Shown here: in pieces, positions 38,110-46,099 of the stretch | Numbering within the stretch: the stretch's first letter is position 1 | Layout: each line of letters opens with the position of its first letter | Origin: Candidatus Poribacteria bacterium | Lineage (GTDB): Bacteria; Poribacteria; WGA-4E; WGA-3G | Direction of reading: 5' to 3' | NCBI GenBank assembly: GCA_965197475.1 | Contig: CBDANF010000003.1 | Location: 2,925,971-2,989,970 of the forward strand | DNA length: 64,000 nucleotides | Notes under the pieces: model-generated | What the model was told of the DNA's origin: nothing | Databases searched by the model: none | The model's input: the letters and a program-made list of their open reading frames with translations, nothing else | Made by a program: the position numbers and the translations under genes

Positions 38110-39009
38110 TTATTCCTCTCGGAAAACACCGAGTAATTTTAATTGCGCTACTGAGATAATAGCAATTATGATAAAAAGCACCCAACCGATTGTCGCGGCA
38201 TAGCCGAGGCGCATGAACTGAAAGCCGTTTTTATAGAGATACATCACGATGGTTGTACCAGCATCGGCAGGTTCACCGCCATTCGTTAAAATATATGGTA
38301 AGTCAAAGAGTTGGAACGAACCGATCATAGAAACAACAAAGACGAACGCTATAACTGGTCGTAAAGACGGCAGCGTGATATGCACAAACGATTGCCACCA
38401 ATTCGCACCGTCAACTGCTGCTGCTTCATATAGTTCCTGCCGAATACCCTGTAGCCCTGCTAAAAAATAGATCATGTTGAAACCTGCCCACTGCCAAACA
38501 CCTGTTAGAATAACCGCTGGCATAACATATTCTTCTTGGCTGAGCCAGCCGATTTCTTTTCCAAAAAGTATAAATTCGTTGTTGATCAATCCCGCCCGTT
38601 GGTCAAATATCAGATTAAAGATGATTGCTACAAAAACCCCGGCAACGAGGACCGGCGTAAAAAAGGCGAGTCGTAGAAAATTCTTCCCTTTTACGAACTT
38701 TGCATTAAGCAGAATAGCAAGTAACAATGCAATCGGTAATTGGAGTATTAGGGTGCCAATGGCAAAATAGGTCGTATTCCATAATGATTTCCAAAAGATT
38801 GGATCGCTAAACAGATCGGTGAAGTTGCCAAAGCCGACAAAGATTCGACTCTGGAATCCGCGCATCTCATAAAAACTCATGATGAGCGATGAGATTAGGG
38901 GATACCCTAAAAAGATAGCAAAGAGGATGTAAAACGGGGCAATAAAAAGATAGGGAGCGATTTTCTGTTGCTGATTCCAGAAGCGGGACGTAGTCAGTTT
39001 TGTTTTCAT
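38110..39009 (-). CDS. Carbohydrate ABC transporter permease (MalF/UgpA-like)
   Basis: Multi-TM protein with the EAA-loop region ELYEAAAVDGANWWQSF. The start is placed at the ATG sharing one base with the upstream stop (TGATG). Confidence 0.85.
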   Translation of the reverse strand: MKTKLTTSRFWNQQQKIAPYLFIAPFYILFAIFLGYPLISSLIMSFYEMRGFQSRIFVGFGNFTDLFSDPIFWKSLWNTTYFAIGTLILQLPIALLLAILLNAKFVKGKNFLRLAFFTPVLVAGVFVAIIFNLIFDQRAGLINNEFILFGKEIGWLSQEEYVMPAVILTGVWQWAGFNMIYFLAGLQGIRQELYEAAAVDGANWWQSFVHITLPSLRPVIAFVFVVSMIGSFQLFDLPYILTNGGEPADAGTTIVMYLYKNGFQFMRLGYAATIGWVLFIIIAIISVAQLKLLGVFREE

Positions 39010-40370
39010 CAATAATTCCTTTTTCCCCAACGTTCTTGGTCTTTTGCAATAAGTGAGCGCACCTTTTCAGCGAGTTCTGTCAAGGCTTGCCGCGGTGTCT
39101 GTTTTTCAGTAACAGCATTGAAAATTGCATCATTCAGCAAATCCGCTGCTTCAGACCAATATGGGTTCTGATAAAGCGGCGGCAAATCGGGTGCAAGTTC
39201 AATAAACAACTTTCCAAGTGGCTGCCCGCCCAAGTAAGTATCTGATTTTTTAAAAATTGGTGCATCCCATGCATCTTTGAGTGGTGGAATAATCCGCGTC
39301 GTTTCATAACGGTTAATCAATCCTGCCCTATCAAAGTAGGTAAATTTCAGAAGTTCCCATGCAAGGTCTGGATTCTTGCACTGTTTTGTAATCCCGATCA
39401 TTGTTCCGCCGCGAGTGGAAGTACGTCTGCCACCGGGCATCCACGCAGGCATACTGATAGCCTTCCATTTGCCGGACATCCGCTGGACTTGACTTTTGAG
39501 GAGGCCGACATACCAATCCGGGGCAAGCACAGAAAGTATTTTTCCGTCTTGCATTGCAGCGTAGTTACTCGGATGTCCATGCCATGTGCCGTAAACTGGT
39601 GTGGCAATTTCGTGTTCATTAAATAACGATGTAAAAAATTCCAATGTTTCAATTGCAATATCGCTATCAATTATTACGTTCCCATCAACATCAAAAAAGC
39701 CACCACCCCGTTGAAGCAATAGGTTAAAATAGTCGCTTTCTGTCTTGCTATCAAGCACAATCGCATATTGGTCAATTTTACCGTCGCCATCGAGATCGCG
39801 AGTTGCTTTTTTTGCCGCAACAATAAAGTCATCCCACGTTTCAATTTCGGTCATCTCAACACCAGCAGCTTTAAATAAGTCATCACGATAAAGAAGGACA
39901 ACAGGATGCAAGTCGTGAGGAATACCAAAAATTCTGTCACGGTAAGACCAAGGTGTAAAACGACTGAGGACCAATTTATCCATCCAACCTTCCTTTTCTA
40001 AACGGGGACGTAAGTCAATAAAACCGACTTCATCTATTGCCCCTTTGAGGAAACGACCGATAGATGCAATCTCAACTTCAACAACGTCTGGTGCACCGAA
40101 ATCGGATAATAAGGCGGTGAGGAGTTTATCGTGCATCGTGTCGCCATAATTGATAAGTTGCACGTTAACTTCCGGATGCTGTGTCTCAAAAATTGGTAAA
40201 CGTGCTTGATATTCCTCGTAATGGGTAGGGGCGAAAATCCAAAATTCTAAATTCTCCCCCTTTTCTTTAGCAGGAGCAAAAACAAAGACCGAAGAAATAA
40301 GGAAAAGAATTAACATCACCATCGGACCCTTGCCAAGTGGGAAACTGTCTATATCATATAGGAAGCGCAT
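39009..40370 (-). CDS. ABC transporter extracellular solute-binding protein (family 1, sugar type)
   Basis: 453 aa with an N-terminal hydrophobic signal. It lies immediately upstream of the permease. Confidence 0.8.
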   Translation of the reverse strand: MRFLYDIDSFPLGKGPMVMLILFLISSVFVFAPAKEKGENLEFWIFAPTHYEEYQARLPIFETQHPEVNVQLINYGDTMHDKLLTALLSDFGAPDVVEVEIASIGRFLKGAIDEVGFIDLRPRLEKEGWMDKLVLSRFTPWSYRDRIFGIPHDLHPVVLLYRDDLFKAAGVEMTEIETWDDFIVAAKKATRDLDGDGKIDQYAIVLDSKTESDYFNLLLQRGGGFFDVDGNVIIDSDIAIETLEFFTSLFNEHEIATPVYGTWHGHPSNYAAMQDGKILSVLAPDWYVGLLKSQVQRMSGKWKAISMPAWMPGGRRTSTRGGTMIGITKQCKNPDLAWELLKFTYFDRAGLINRYETTRIIPPLKDAWDAPIFKKSDTYLGGQPLGKLFIELAPDLPPLYQNPYWSEAADLLNDAIFNAVTEKQTPRQALTELAEKVRSLIAKDQERWGKRNY

Positions 40371-40424
40371 AAAATGCCTCTAATGTAAAACTTGACGTAA
40401 TTTCGGTGTATTGGCAAATTTGAC

Positions 40425-40453
40425 TTGACAATTTCACGATAAACCATTAGAAT
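40425..40453 (+). promoter_or_regulatory. Sigma70-like promoter TTGACA-17-TAGAAT upstream of the zinc-ribbon gene
   Basis: -35 at 40425-40430, 17-nt spacer, -10 at 40448-40453. Confidence 0.45.
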
Positions 40454-40505
40454 TTAATCAAAACATGTTCTTTTTATCAACTAAGAAATGGAGGACAATG
40501 GTTAT

Positions 40506-40805
40506 ATGCCTACTTACGACTATAAGTGTCTTGAGTGTGATGTTCAGTTTGAGAAGTTTCAGGGTATTACAGCACCACCACTTGAAGAATGCCCCGAATG
40601 TGGCGGTAAAGTTAAACGACTCATCGGGGCAGGCGCAGGATTGATTTTCAAAGGGTCCGGCTTCTATATCACTGATCACCGGAGTGAAGGATACAAGGAA
40701 TCCGCAAAGAAAGATAAAAACCCACCGTCAGAAAAAAGCGATAAAAAAGAAAAGAAAACTGACACAAGTAGCGAATCGAAAAGTAAATCCAGTGACTCTG
40801 ACTAA
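40506..40805 (+). CDS. FmdB-family zinc-ribbon protein with Lys/Ser-rich tail
   Basis: MPTYDYKCLECDVQFE...CPECGG matches the CxxC...CxxC FmdB/Zn-ribbon_8 signature. Confidence 0.75.
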   Translation: MPTYDYKCLECDVQFEKFQGITAPPLEECPECGGKVKRLIGAGAGLIFKGSGFYITDHRSEGYKESAKKDKNPPSEKSDKKEKKTDTSSESKSKSSDSD

Positions 40806-40850
40806 AAAGTGGATTGTCCATTATGTTGCCAATCACTTTAAGGAGACACT

Positions 40851-41798
40851 TTGCCAAATCATATCCATCAGCATCATCAGCATCAAGACGAACCACATGT
40901 GCATAGCCATCAGACACATCTGCAGAAAAAATTTAAAATTGCAGTGTTAGTAACGTTTTTAGTCTTCCTTGGAGAAGTTATCGGAGGAATCTGGTCAGGA
41001 AGTCTCGCGTTGCTAAGTGACGCTGCGCATGTGATGTCGGATGTTCTCTCGCTTCTAATCAGTTGGTTGGCAATCTATCTATCAACACGTCCTGCAACAT
41101 CATCTCGGACTTTCGGCTATCATCGTGCGGAGGTTTTCGCTGCGTTTATCAACGGCGTTTCACTCATCGGTATCTCCGGTTGGATTTTTTACGAAGCGTA
41201 CCAACGATACAATTCACCGGAGGATATAAAGGTGACAGGGATGTTTGTTGTTGCATGTCTCGGCTTGGTTGCGAACCTGTTTATCTTGTGGCAACTACAC
41301 GGTGAGAGCCATGGCAACCTAAACGTTCGGAGCGCGGTGCTTCATGTGGTAGGCGATACGCTTTCTTCTGTTGCTGTTGTCGTCGGCGGAGTGATCATTT
41401 TTTTCACAGGATGGTATCCAATTGATGCGATCCTCAGTTTCGTTATCGGTGGGATAATTCTTTTCGGTGCCATTAACGTAACAAAAGAAGCGGTGCATAT
41501 TCTGCTTGAGAATTCGCCACGGAATACTGACGCTCACACGGTGGCAAAACACCTCTGTGATTTAGCCCCGGTGAAAGATGTTCATGACATGCACATTTGG
41601 TCGCTCTGTTCTAACTATAGTGCATTAAGCGCGCACATTGTCATTAACGAAAATTCTACGCTGCCTCATGATCAAATTCTCAAACAGATTAACGCAGAAT
41701 TACAAAAACGTTTCGGCATCAACCATACAACCCTTCAATTAGAACGGATCGCGTGTACACAAGCAGGCAACCTGCTATGCAACGCGCAACATTCGTAG
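40851..41798 (+). CDS. Cation diffusion facilitator transporter (CzcD/ZitB-like) with His-rich N-terminus
   Basis: His-rich lead (HIHQHHQHQDEPHVHSHQTH), six TM helices, and the SDAAHVMSD and HVVGD motifs. Confidence 0.9.
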   Translation: MPNHIHQHHQHQDEPHVHSHQTHLQKKFKIAVLVTFLVFLGEVIGGIWSGSLALLSDAAHVMSDVLSLLISWLAIYLSTRPATSSRTFGYHRAEVFAAFINGVSLIGISGWIFYEAYQRYNSPEDIKVTGMFVVACLGLVANLFILWQLHGESHGNLNVRSAVLHVVGDTLSSVAVVVGGVIIFFTGWYPIDAILSFVIGGIILFGAINVTKEAVHILLENSPRNTDAHTVAKHLCDLAPVKDVHDMHIWSLCSNYSALSAHIVINENSTLPHDQILKQINAELQKRFGINHTTLQLERIACTQAGNLLCNAQHS

Positions 41799-41815
41799 CA
41801 TCACACGAAAATAGA

Positions 41816-42394
41816 TTAACTGTGTTCTTCTTTTAAACGGTGTGCTTTCCGTATAAGGGAGGTATCTTTAGCAAACTTTTGGGTTGCTTGCACGAGTCCG
41901 TCTACATGCGATACCATATCCTTTTCAACCTGCACAATACGATTCATAAGATAAGGTTGATTGCTTTCTTGAATTGCTTTTCTCATTATAGAGAGTAGAT
42001 ACATATAGATAGTATCTGTTTCGCTTCCCTCAATGGCAATGGCTATTTCAAACGCCTCGTCCAATGAAATTCTCCCACTTTCTACCTTCGATTCGTGTGT
42101 ATTTAGAGCGTCTGTGATTTTTTGAATCGATATATCAGGCAGTAGTGCTATCGGTGATGAAGATTCATCTGTGTCCGCAGAAGATATAGGCGTGTCAATG
42201 CCGAACGCTTCTATACATAAAGCACGACCAAAATCCACAAGAATATAGTGTTGCCACTCCTCCGTACTCATCCTTTCCCAAAATCTCGCTATCCGTTCAT
42301 CAACATCTCCCAAAAGTAGCGCGAAAGAGGCGTATAATTTTGCTTGTCGCAGCTCAAGGTCTTGGCATACATCAAAAAGGTCTTCTAATGTCAA
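41816..42394 (-). CDS. Hypothetical protein, possibly ferritin-like
   Basis: 192 aa, helical, with one EExxH-type motif (TEEWQH). No firm family call. Confidence 0.3.
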   Translation of the reverse strand: MTLEDLFDVCQDLELRQAKLYASFALLLGDVDERIARFWERMSTEEWQHYILVDFGRALCIEAFGIDTPISSADTDESSSPIALLPDISIQKITDALNTHESKVESGRISLDEAFEIAIAIEGSETDTIYMYLLSIMRKAIQESNQPYLMNRIVQVEKDMVSHVDGLVQATQKFAKDTSLIRKAHRLKEEHS

Positions 42395-42451
42395 TGGTTC
42401 TCCTTTCTTAATTAGGTAGTAGGCACACGCCGATGTGCCAAAACTAATTGT

Positions 42452-43489
42452 CTACATTTGAAGCGGCAAAGGAATTGCCGCACCCGATAACATACTCCGC
42501 GTAACCGCCTCCGTAAACTCCATATACTTAACGCCAGTGTCAAAGTCGGTATGTGTGATAACCTCCCCGCCACGGATAGCGTTCACAAATTCCTCTTCTA
42601 CTCGCCACGCACCTTCCTCCTCAGTGGGAATATCAATCTCATTTAGTTCATCATCTTCTTTTTGTCCACCGTAGACTTTATTTCCTGAAAATCTCAAGGT
42701 TCCTTGACTGCCAAAAATAAAAACCTCTGGTGCACCTACCAACCCTGTTACAGCGGAAATTTGCATGTGAAGTTGTGCACCACAAGCGAGTTCCCCAACA
42801 ACATCAATATGTTCCGGAATTCGCACCGCACGCATCACGTCTTCAGCATCAGGACGCATTTTGACGAATGTTTTACCCATCGCCATAACTCTTGTCGCTT
42901 CTCCGACCCAACGCATCAACGCCTCATACCAAATTCCCATGCTCATGATGTTCATGCCACTCAGGTCAAAATCTTGCCGCCACTGCAGCGGTGCTTCGCT
43001 ATCCAGAAACGCACCGCCTGCACGCACTTCAACGGCAAGCACCTCTCCGATATATCTGTCTGTGATGTGCCGCTTTATAGTGTTATCCACTCGGAGTGTC
43101 ATCGGTGATGGGACAATTTGCGCGGTAAGTTGCGATTTCCGACGTGCCATCAAACGCATCGCGTGTGCCTCACGGGCATTCATTGCCATCCGTGCTTCAC
43201 ACATCACGTGCTTATTTGCCATAAGTGCTGAAACTGTTGCACGGCAGTGCATGTAGGGCCATGTCCCGATAACAATCGCATTCGTTTCTTTATCGGCAAT
43301 TGCATCCTGCCAGTTGTCGTAGATTTTAGGGATTCCGAACTCGTCTGCTACGCGCTGCGATGACTCTCGACTCCGATTACAAACGCCGATAATCTCAACG
43401 CCTTCAATCGCTTGTAGTCCAGGGATATGTCGTGATTTTGTGTTTCTGCCTGCGCCGATGATACCGACTCGGACTGTTTCTGATGCCAC
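42452..43489 (-). CDS. Gfo/Idh/MocA-family oxidoreductase
   Basis: VRVGIIGAGRN Rossmann motif. 345 aa. Confidence 0.85.
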   Translation of the reverse strand: MASETVRVGIIGAGRNTKSRHIPGLQAIEGVEIIGVCNRSRESSQRVADEFGIPKIYDNWQDAIADKETNAIVIGTWPYMHCRATVSALMANKHVMCEARMAMNAREAHAMRLMARRKSQLTAQIVPSPMTLRVDNTIKRHITDRYIGEVLAVEVRAGGAFLDSEAPLQWRQDFDLSGMNIMSMGIWYEALMRWVGEATRVMAMGKTFVKMRPDAEDVMRAVRIPEHIDVVGELACGAQLHMQISAVTGLVGAPEVFIFGSQGTLRFSGNKVYGGQKEDDELNEIDIPTEEEGAWRVEEEFVNAIRGGEVITHTDFDTGVKYMEFTEAVTRSMLSGAAIPLPLQM

Positions 43490-43743
43490 TTAATTTGCTC
43501 CTTGCTATTTAGGTAACAGGCGTTTCGGATTTCTTCTTACGAGATGTACAGAAATCTGCATATTTCACACTTTGCTTCAACCGTTTCTCCTGCCGACGCA
43601 TCACAAATTCTTTATAGGTCTCCAGGTCACCAAAGATGGCGACGAGACGCGCCTTGGCCTGTCGAATGTCTTCCACTGGATTTTTACACATTAGAGTGCC
43701 TCCATTATCGCTTTTGGTGAGTCAACGTGAGGCGGTGAATAAT

Positions 43744-43863
43744 AGGGTTATTTAGTTCTCCATATTTTTGGTTATTCTTGAATGTCCCTCTTGCTTGTAG
43801 GAGCGAGCTCCGCTCGCGACTTTTTGACGAAAATGTGCAAAAACCCTAAAACTAAATAACCCT
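43744..43863. repeat. Structured ~120-bp intergenic element with 14-bp terminal inverted repeat
   Basis: AGGGTTATTTAGTT at 43744-43757 and AACTAAATAACCCT at 43850-43863. Internal GCGAGC-tcc-GCTCGC hairpin followed by TTTTT (43803-43825). Confidence 0.4.
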
Positions 43864-43901
43864 GGCGTGTCACGTTATCGTGATACGCTTTATTTTTTTA
43901 C

Positions 43902-43957
43902 TGATAACCTAACTAATCTGTTTCAACTAATTTTGAAACGGATTAGTTAGGTTATCA
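43902..43957. repeat. Near-perfect 25-bp-arm palindrome
   Basis: TGATAACCTAACTAATCTGTTTCAA-ctaatt-TTGAAACGGATTAGTTAGGTTATCA, with a single T/G position. It lies just beyond the stop of the 73-aa ORF. Confidence 0.6.
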
Positions 43958-43980
43958 AGTTGTTATAAGAAATAAAACAC

Positions 43981-44202
43981 TTATTTCTTATCAGATGGTT
44001 TTTCACTACTCGGTTTATCTTCAGATGGTTTTTCAACAGGTTTGGTAGGTTCTATATTAGGCTTGTTATCAGGTAATACTCTATCTGGTAAAACTATAAT
44101 TTCAGGCGGATTTTGTGATTTTTTCACTCTAACTGTAACCATAGGTTTACTCTTATTGGGCGTATCCGCTCGTGATCGGCTATTTGGTTTCTGGTTTTTC
44201 AC
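43981..44202 (-). CDS. Small Lys/Pro-rich hypothetical protein
   Basis: 73-aa ORF of low complexity (KPSEDKPSSEKPSDKK), 13 nt downstream of the membrane-protein gene. Confidence 0.3.
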   Translation of the reverse strand: MKNQKPNSRSRADTPNKSKPMVTVRVKKSQNPPEIIVLPDRVLPDNKPNIEPTKPVEKPSEDKPSSEKPSDKK

Positions 44203-44215
44203 AATAGGCCTCCAT

Positions 44216-44701
44216 TTAATTGATCTGATTAATAAAATTATCTTGATTTAATATAATAAATAACGAAGTTAGTATCAGGGCTGCAATATAGAGTATGACT
44301 GAAAAAAATCTAAGAAGATCAACGCGCACTGAAAATATATTTTTTTCACCTAATACACTGGTATCTCCTAGCAAATAATATTTTACAATACGTTCTCTCT
44401 GAAATCGCAACGCTTTTTTTGCAGGCGAATACGATACCAGATTTAGAACAATTGCAGTAATAAAACAAAACCATGAACTAAACAGCACCCAATTATTTGA
44501 TGATGTTGATAAATTGATAATACCTTTAATAAATGCAATAGAAAAACCTAGTCCAGCACTTGAAAGTGTAAATAAATATTTGTCAACTTGTTCATAAAGC
44601 GAAAACTCTCGTTTAGATACCTCTTTCTGCATTTCAATATAGGTATTAAATGTTCTGTCATCAATTTCATGTTCATGTTCAGATTCATGTTCAGAATTCA
44701 T
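44216..44701 (-). CDS. Hypothetical membrane protein (three predicted TM segments) in AT-rich island
   Basis: 161 aa with an acidic/His N-terminus and hydrophobic segments YLFTLSSAGLGFSIAFIKGII, WVLFSSWFCFITAIVLNLV and FFSVILYIAALILTSLFIIL. Confidence 0.45.
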   Translation of the reverse strand: MNSEHESEHEHEIDDRTFNTYIEMQKEVSKREFSLYEQVDKYLFTLSSAGLGFSIAFIKGIINLSTSSNNWVLFSSWFCFITAIVLNLVSYSPAKKALRFQRERIVKYYLLGDTSVLGEKNIFSVRVDLLRFFSVILYIAALILTSLFIILNQDNFINQIN

Positions 44702-44714
44702 AAAGATACTTACC

Positions 44715-44743
44715 TTGCAGTTTTTAAGTTGTTACGGTATAAT
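44715..44743 (+). promoter_or_regulatory. Sigma70-like promoter TTGCAG-17-TATAAT directly upstream of the first tRNA-like gene
   Basis: -35 at 44715-44720, 17-nt spacer, -10 at 44738-44743, five nt before the cloverleaf start at 44749. Confidence 0.5.
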
Positions 44744-44748
44744 ATATA

Positions 44749-44822
44749 ACCCCCGTAGCTCAAATGGATTAGAGCAACTCTTTGCCGAAGGGTAGGTTAT
44801 GGGTTCAAGTTCCATCGGGTCT
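44749..44822 (+). tRNA. Degenerate tRNA-like gene, anticodon loop TTGCCGA (GCC, Gly-type)
   Basis: The cloverleaf can be drawn with a good D-arm (GCTC-AAATGGATTA-GAGC), anticodon stem ACTCT/AGGGT, and T-arm ATGGG-TTCAAGT-TCCAT. However, acceptor pairs 2:71 and 3:70 are mismatched (ACCCCCG vs CGGGTCT) and 53:61 is G:T. Confidence 0.4.
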
Positions 44823-44842
44823 TATATATAATACAAGCATGT

Positions 44843-44920
44843 GCAGGAGTGGTCGAACTGAATTTCTTTGCAAGGAAATAGTCTTTTTGACTCACGGGGG
44901 TTCGAATCCCATCCCGCCTC
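44843..44920 (+). ncRNA. Second tRNA-like sequence (canonical GGTTCGAATCC T-loop and long variable arm, no proper acceptor or D stem)
   Basis: GGGGG-TTCGAAT-CCCAT T-arm, AGTC-ttttt-GACT extra arm, candidate anticodon loop TTTGCAA. The 5' end (GCAGGAG) does not pair with the 3' end (CCCGCCT). Confidence 0.25.
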
Positions 44921-45002
44921 ATACACTTTGTACTATTGTACTTACGTATTAGTATACAATAATTCAATACAGTTTGTCAAGTGTAACTCAAGTTGCTGCC
45001 TA

Positions 45003-45059
45003 TGTAGCGTAAACTTCCACTTTGTGTCATAAGGGAGCAAACTGGAAGTTTACGCTACA
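45003..45059. terminator. 17-bp perfect hairpin between the tRNA-like genes and the AbiJ-like gene
   Basis: TGTAGCGTAAACTTCCA - 23-nt loop - TGGAAGTTTACGCTACA. It lies downstream of the stop at 45114 on the minus strand. Confidence 0.45.
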
Positions 45060-45113
45060 GTAGTGTCCAAATAATTATGGATTTTACTATAAAGGTTCTT
45101 AATGGATTAGTTT

Positions 45114-46055
45114 CTATTTCAGTTCTGCATCAGCTTTAGTCAACAAAAGTATGTTTGATGCCGTTAGGTGAAGCGCGTAAGCAGCTAAGTACTCTGGTAC
45201 TGTTGTTATTTCTGGTCCCTGTCCGTGTCCGGACTCGCGATTGCGAACTGTAGGAAGTCCATCCTTTAATGTATTTTTCAATGTTTTTTTCAACGCTGAA
45301 AAGTGTGATTCCAAGTAAGTTGGAATCAATTCATTGTCAAATACGATCTCAATTAGATCCTTGGCAGTAGCTCTATTTTCATCGTAGTGCCATCCTCTCT
45401 TTTTACAAATTCCTTTGAGGCAACTCTCAAATGCTTTGAGACATTCATTCATACATTCCTTGTATCTGTGCTTTCGGTAATGTTGGTGTGCATTTAAGAA
45501 TTCTTCTTTTGCGCCTTCATACATTGGATCGGAAAGGAAAGTCAGCACAGGTTTTACCACTTCGGTGTGAATAAACTGAGAATCAACTTTAATTATTTGA
45601 CCAGATTCATACTGATACCCTACACCGTGCTCGCGAAATCGATTATTTAGTTCATCAATCGCTTGATCAGGTGGAACATTCGAACAGAAGTGTTTATTAT
45701 TATCTGAAACCTCTGGGTCAAAACATCGAAACGAGAACTCAATGACATCAATCACCTTTTCTGTTTCTTTTGTGTCCAGGAAAAAATTACAGACTCTCTG
45801 AAAAAGATCTTCCTCTTCACCAAGTGAAATCATGCCATATTCACGACACAATTTATTGTGGATGAATGCATACGCTTCATAGGCATACTCATCGCTTATG
45901 TTATAGTAATTACACTCAATTTCCCCATACTCATCTTTCCAGATATGGATTACTTGTATCCGTAATTCCTCTGGAATAGTTTCATGCTGGTACACATCAG
46001 GAACTTCACCACGTATTCGCTTCTGGCGTTTTGAAAAAAGTTCATAGTTTTTCAT
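45114..46055 (-). CDS. AbiJ-like abortive-infection protein (N-terminal AbiJ-NTD-like region + HEPN-like C-terminus)
   Basis: 313 aa. N-terminus LFSKRQKRIRGEVPDVYQHETIPEELR and C-terminal RNRESGHG (Rx4-6H HEPN-type motif). Confidence 0.5.
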   Translation of the reverse strand: MKNYELFSKRQKRIRGEVPDVYQHETIPEELRIQVIHIWKDEYGEIECNYYNISDEYAYEAYAFIHNKLCREYGMISLGEEEDLFQRVCNFFLDTKETEKVIDVIEFSFRCFDPEVSDNNKHFCSNVPPDQAIDELNNRFREHGVGYQYESGQIIKVDSQFIHTEVVKPVLTFLSDPMYEGAKEEFLNAHQHYRKHRYKECMNECLKAFESCLKGICKKRGWHYDENRATAKDLIEIVFDNELIPTYLESHFSALKKTLKNTLKDGLPTVRNRESGHGQGPEITTVPEYLAAYALHLTASNILLLTKADAELK

Positions 46056-46099
46056 ATTGTTTTCCTTTCTTCGTTCTATAAATATTCTATTTCACAAGA

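Noticed and set aside
44749-44901. ACCCCCG at the 5' end of the first tRNA-like unit is exactly complementary to CGGGGGT inside the T-arm region of the second unit. This could indicate one large split or intron-containing tRNA.
   Set aside because: The 7-nt match overlaps the canonical T-stem of the second unit. The intervening 140 nt has no group I intron or permuted-tRNA features, so it is likely coincidence.
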